NCBI GenBank assembly: GCA_043228905.1
Contig: JBHGNT010000855.1
Span: forward strand, 1 to 14,589
Reading direction: 5' to 3'
Length of the DNA stretch: 14,589 bases
Origin: Azolla caroliniana
Lineage: Eukaryota; Plantae; Polypodiophyta
The notes below the pieces were generated by a model that had not been told where the DNA came from, did no database searches, and saw nothing but the letters and a program-made list of their open reading frames with translations. Both the position numbers and the translations under genes were made by a program. This document shows, one piece after another, positions 11,200 to 14,589 of this stretch. How positions within the stretch are numbered: position 1 is the first letter of the stretch; each line of letters opens with the position of its first letter.

Positions 11200-12040
11200 T
11201 GTGAGCCGGAGAGCTACGTAGAAGTGGCAAAGGACGCAAATTGGTGTGCCGCTATGGAGGAAGAAATGCGGGCACTAGATGCCAACGACACATGGGACCT
11301 CGTTGACCCTCCCCGACATTGTAAACCGATCGGTTGCAAATGGGTGTACAAGGTAAAGTACAATGCCGACGGTTCGGTTCACCGGTACAAGGCCCGGTTA
11401 GTGGCGAAGGGATACGCACATACCTAGGGAATCAATTACGACGAGACCTTCGCCCCGGTAGCGAAGATGACGACGGTTCGTGTGGTACTAGCGGTTGCTG
11501 CAGAAGGGGGTGGCATCTTCACCAGATGGACATGAAGAATACGTTTCTTCAAGGTGACCTTGAAGAACGGGTCTATATGATCCAACCTCCCGATTTCCAG
11601 TCGGAGATGAACAAGTTGGCGGTGTGCCGGTTCAAGAAGTCGCTTTACGGTTTGAAACAAGCCCCCCGAGCTTGGAATGCGAAGATCACGCACCAGTTGT
11701 GTAAGATGGGTTTTGTGACCTCTAAATCTGACTCATCGTTGTTCATCCAACAAGGTCTAGACGGGCCGGTTTGCATCCTCTTTATGTTGATGATTTAGTC
11801 ATCACCAGACCTAGACTCAATGAAATTGGATGAGTAAAGTCCCAACTGTCAGACACATGAAATGAAGGACCTGGGGGTCCTTCATTATTTTCTGGGGATC
11901 AAGGTGATCCGAACCCCCGACTACATATTGCTCTCACAATGACACTATGTGTTGAATATGTTGTACAAGTTCAGTATGACAGAGTGCCGACCTATCTCCA
12001 CACCCCTGGACCGAAACCAGAAGCTTTGTCCCAACTCCGG
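11200..12040 (+). pseudogene. Ty1/copia reverse transcriptase, disrupted
   Basis: WCAAMEEEM..NDTWDLV..IGCKWVYKVK..RYKARLVAKGY, ETFAPVAKMTTVR, LHQMDMKNTFLQGDLEE.VYM.QP, KKSLYGLKQAPRAW, YVDD (11783-11794), MKDLG.LHYFLGI. TAG at 11425 and several frameshifts. Confidence 0.95.
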
Positions 12041-12042
12041 GA

Positions 12043-12383
12043 GACAGAGGTGCTACCAATGCCACCTGTGAAGCCATCTGGCTTCGGCGACTGCTACAAG
12101 ACCTGCGGTTTGAGGTCCCGACCCCGATCTTGTTCTATTGTGACAACATGAGCAGCATTCAACTCGCCAAGAAGCCCGTGTTCCATGCTCGGACGAAGCA
12201 CATAGAAGTCCACTATCACTTTGTGCATGAGTGGGTTTTGAGCGGTGAAGTAGAACTTCGGTATGTTCAGACGGATCGGCAAATTGCCGATATCTTCACC
12301 AAACCACTCGGATCGGACAAGTTGCAGCACTTCACTGAACTGCTTGGTGTTCAGCATCTCGACGTGCCGAACTTGAGGGGGAG
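12043..12383 (+). pseudogene. Ty1/copia RNase H, C-terminal part
   Basis: RGATNATCEAIWLRRLL..FYCDNMSSIQLAKKPVFHARTKHIEVHYHFV...QIADIFTKPL...NLRG. Confidence 0.93.
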
Positions 12384-12979
12384 AAAAGGAAAGGGAACGG
12401 ATGGCATCGAACAAGGAGCTGGAGAGGAAGAAAGAACCAACAAAGGGGGAGACAAGAGGGAAAAGGAAGCTGAGCCGACCGAAGGAGTCGGCACATTCGA
12501 AAAGGTCGGAACAAGCGGCAGCGGCGGCAGAGTCAAGAAGGACAGAGCCGACCGGAAGAAAACGACCAAGACTCGGATGTGGTCCGGTGTGGTGAAGGGC
12601 CTGAAACCGGAATACGAGTTGGAGAACACTGACTCAGACAAAAGCTGGAACGAATCAAAGGAAACCGATTCGGTTCAAGATTCGGAGAAGCCAGATCAAC
12701 TAAAGGCCAAGCGGACACGAACGCAGCGGAAGTCGATGCCAACATGAAGGAACCGACGGGTCGACAAGCGCTGGAGTCGCAGCATCGAGGGAGTTGAAAT
12801 GGGCTTGTTGAGCAGACAAGCCGACCGAGGAGGTCGAGGTGCGCAGAACCAAAAGGGTTGCGGCAAACAAGACCAGACCGGACAAGGAACGCGAGTGAGG
12901 CGGAGCAACGCCAAAAGGTGACGGGTAGAAGAACCGGTTGTTGCGGACACTAACACCACGATCTGACCTCAAGTTGAGC

Positions 12980-12990
12980 TTGAGGGGGAC
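12980..12990 (+). other. Polypurine tract directly before LTR copy B
   Basis: TTGAGGGGGAC|TGTTG. Confidence 0.88.
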
Positions 12991-13386
12991 TGTTGAGCGA
13001 GCAAGCTCAACTGAATCCGGATCGGCTGAATAAGCCTGAGCCGGATCAGCATCCGGAAGGATGAGCCAGATCGAAGAGCCGGATTTGAGTGGGAACTGGA
13101 AGCCTAGTAGTAGCCTAGACTACTAGGTAATCATTGTCTCGCAGTTAGTGTCAGTCGCATGTGTGAGCATTGAAGTACCTGTCAGTCCTTTATGGACTTG
13201 TATAAATAGTGTTGTTTAGCATGTTGTATGTACATAATTTTAGAGTTAATTTTTGAATATAGTTTTATGTTCTACTCTCTCTGTCTCCTTTGTGTTTTAA
13301 GCTTTTCCATTAAACCTTCATCTCATTTTTTGTTGCTATCCAACTGAGCCGGTTTTGTCTGACGCTTCCGCACATGAACATTCACA
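12991..13386 (+). mobile_element. Ty1/copia 3' LTR, copy B (396 bp)
   Basis: TGTTGA...TTCACA, directly after a PPT, with TATAAATA at 13201-13208. About 31 substitutions and two indels (49 and 12 bp) versus copy A by manual alignment. Confidence 0.9.
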
Positions 13387-13998
13387 GGCCACAAGGAGAG
13401 CGAGTGTTGGAAAAAGAGAGCCGATTCGGACAAAGCCGGATCGAGCCGAAGAGATGCACAGAGGCGTCAAAAGTCGCACTACGTTGAGGACTCTGAACGA
13501 GCTGGAAATAGATCGGGCCCTGCCTTCGTAATGAAGCATAAGGCCAATTCTATGGTCGTGAACACTTCGAAATCGAGCGAGGTGTGGTATGTTGATTCCA
13601 AAGCGTCAAATCATATGACGAGTCACAAGGAATGGTTCTCGTACTTAGAGAAATTGGAATCACAAGGAGTGGTTGAAACGGGAGACGACATTCTGCATAC
13701 CATCAAACATGTCGGCGAAGTTCCCCTCAGCCACGTCGGGCAGAAAGGGAAACTCATGAACGTGCTGCACGTCCCAACAATAACGGAGAACCTAGTGTCG
13801 GTCGGTCAAATTGTCGACCAGGGAATGTAGGTTCGATTCACGCATCTAGGGTGCTTGATAGAAGAGGAAGGCAAAGTAATCGCGCAAGGGCACCGTGAAG
13901 GGAGGATGTTTATCCATGAAACCAACAATGTGGGCACCGCTATGTTTGCGAAAGGGCAGAAGGTCGAGTCAGACATTGACCTGTGGCATAAGCGGTTA
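13387..13998 (+). pseudogene. Ty1/copia gag zinc-knuckle half, protease and GAG-pre-integrase fragment
   Basis: One frame from 13387: GHKESECWKK...WYVDSKASNHMT...NVLHVPTITENLVSVGQI..(TAG 13828)..DIDLWHKRL. The protease DSG motif reads DSK. Confidence 0.9.
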
Positions 13999-14002
13999 TA
14001 TA

Positions 14003-14290
14003 TGTTGTACATAAAGATATTATAATTTACTTTATTATAATATTGATAATGTAACCCTATAAATATCCAAAGAGTGCCATGACCCTTCAATATCCCAAAG
14101 GGTTTCATGACCCTACAAACATCCAAGGGGCACCTATTACTCCTATATAAATAGGACATATTGTATTGTTAGAACCATTCTGGTTCAACACCAATCTTTG
14201 GCAAATATTCTAGTTCTTGCTCTTGTATATTTTCCTATTATAATAAAATATAGTCATTGTTCTCTCTTTCTTTTCCTCTCTTGTTCAATA
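14003..14290 (+). mobile_element. LTR-like segment of a second family (about 288 bp)
   Basis: AT-rich, starts TGTTG and ends CAATA (one change from CAACA). Has an internal CTATATAAATAGG, an AATAAA and a pyrimidine-rich 3' part. No TSD and no second copy in the window. Confidence 0.5.
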
Positions 14291-14324
14291 GACTTCTTTT
14301 GTCAAGCTAAGGCCTTGATAGAGT

Positions 14325-14589
14325 GCACTCTGGAACAAGTGGGTGTACAAGCTGAAACCGGGAGACGTTGGAAATCCACCAAGGTACAAAGCCCGCATTG
14401 TTGTGAAGGGCTTCCAACAAAAGAAAGGAGTCACGGATTTCGATGAGATCTTTGCCCTGGTAATAAAAATGACATCCATCTGGACTATGTTGAGCATAAC
14501 AGCAAGCATGGACCTCAAGGTAGAGCAACTAAACATCAAGACAACGTTCCTACATGCCAAGCTCAAAGAAGAGATCTACATACAACAGC
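14325..14589 (+). pseudogene. Second copia RT fragment (Tnt1/Tork-like), running off the window
   Basis: ALWNKWVYKLKPG..PPRYKARIVVKGFQQKKGVTDFDEIFALVIKMTSI..MDLKVEQLNIKTTFLHAKLKEEIYIQQ. Clearly distinct from the RT at 11200-12040. Confidence 0.9.

Noticed and set aside
9976-11693. Overlapping alternative-frame and antisense ORFs in pol
   Set aside because: Shadow ORFs of GC-richer retroelement coding sequence.
9627-13386. DNA transposon (Mutator/foldback) TIRs or DIRS-type inverted repeats
   Set aside because: The arms are TG..CA LTRs with PPTs, the interior is copia DDE integrase/RT, and there is no transposase, tyrosine recombinase or TSD.

Overview
Plant nuclear genomic DNA; the style of the copia element suggests a fern or other seed-free plant, but that is inference. 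Left half: one complete 10-exon + strand gene (1812-7916, 903 nt CDS, 300 aa) encoding a plastid-targeted two-ACT-domain protein of the ACR12/DS12 type. It has a TATA/TCP-site promoter, microsatellites and a possible decayed hAT end upstream. Right half (9627-14589): a rearranged pile of dead Ty1/copia sequence. Two related 3' LTRs (about 92% identical by manual alignment), each with its PPT, sit in INVERTED, outward-facing orientation around an integrase-core/RT/RNase H segment. The right LTR is joined directly to a gag zinc knuckle-protease-pre-integrase segment, giving a circularly permuted element order. A second, unrelated LTR-like segment and a Tnt1-like RT fragment follow.
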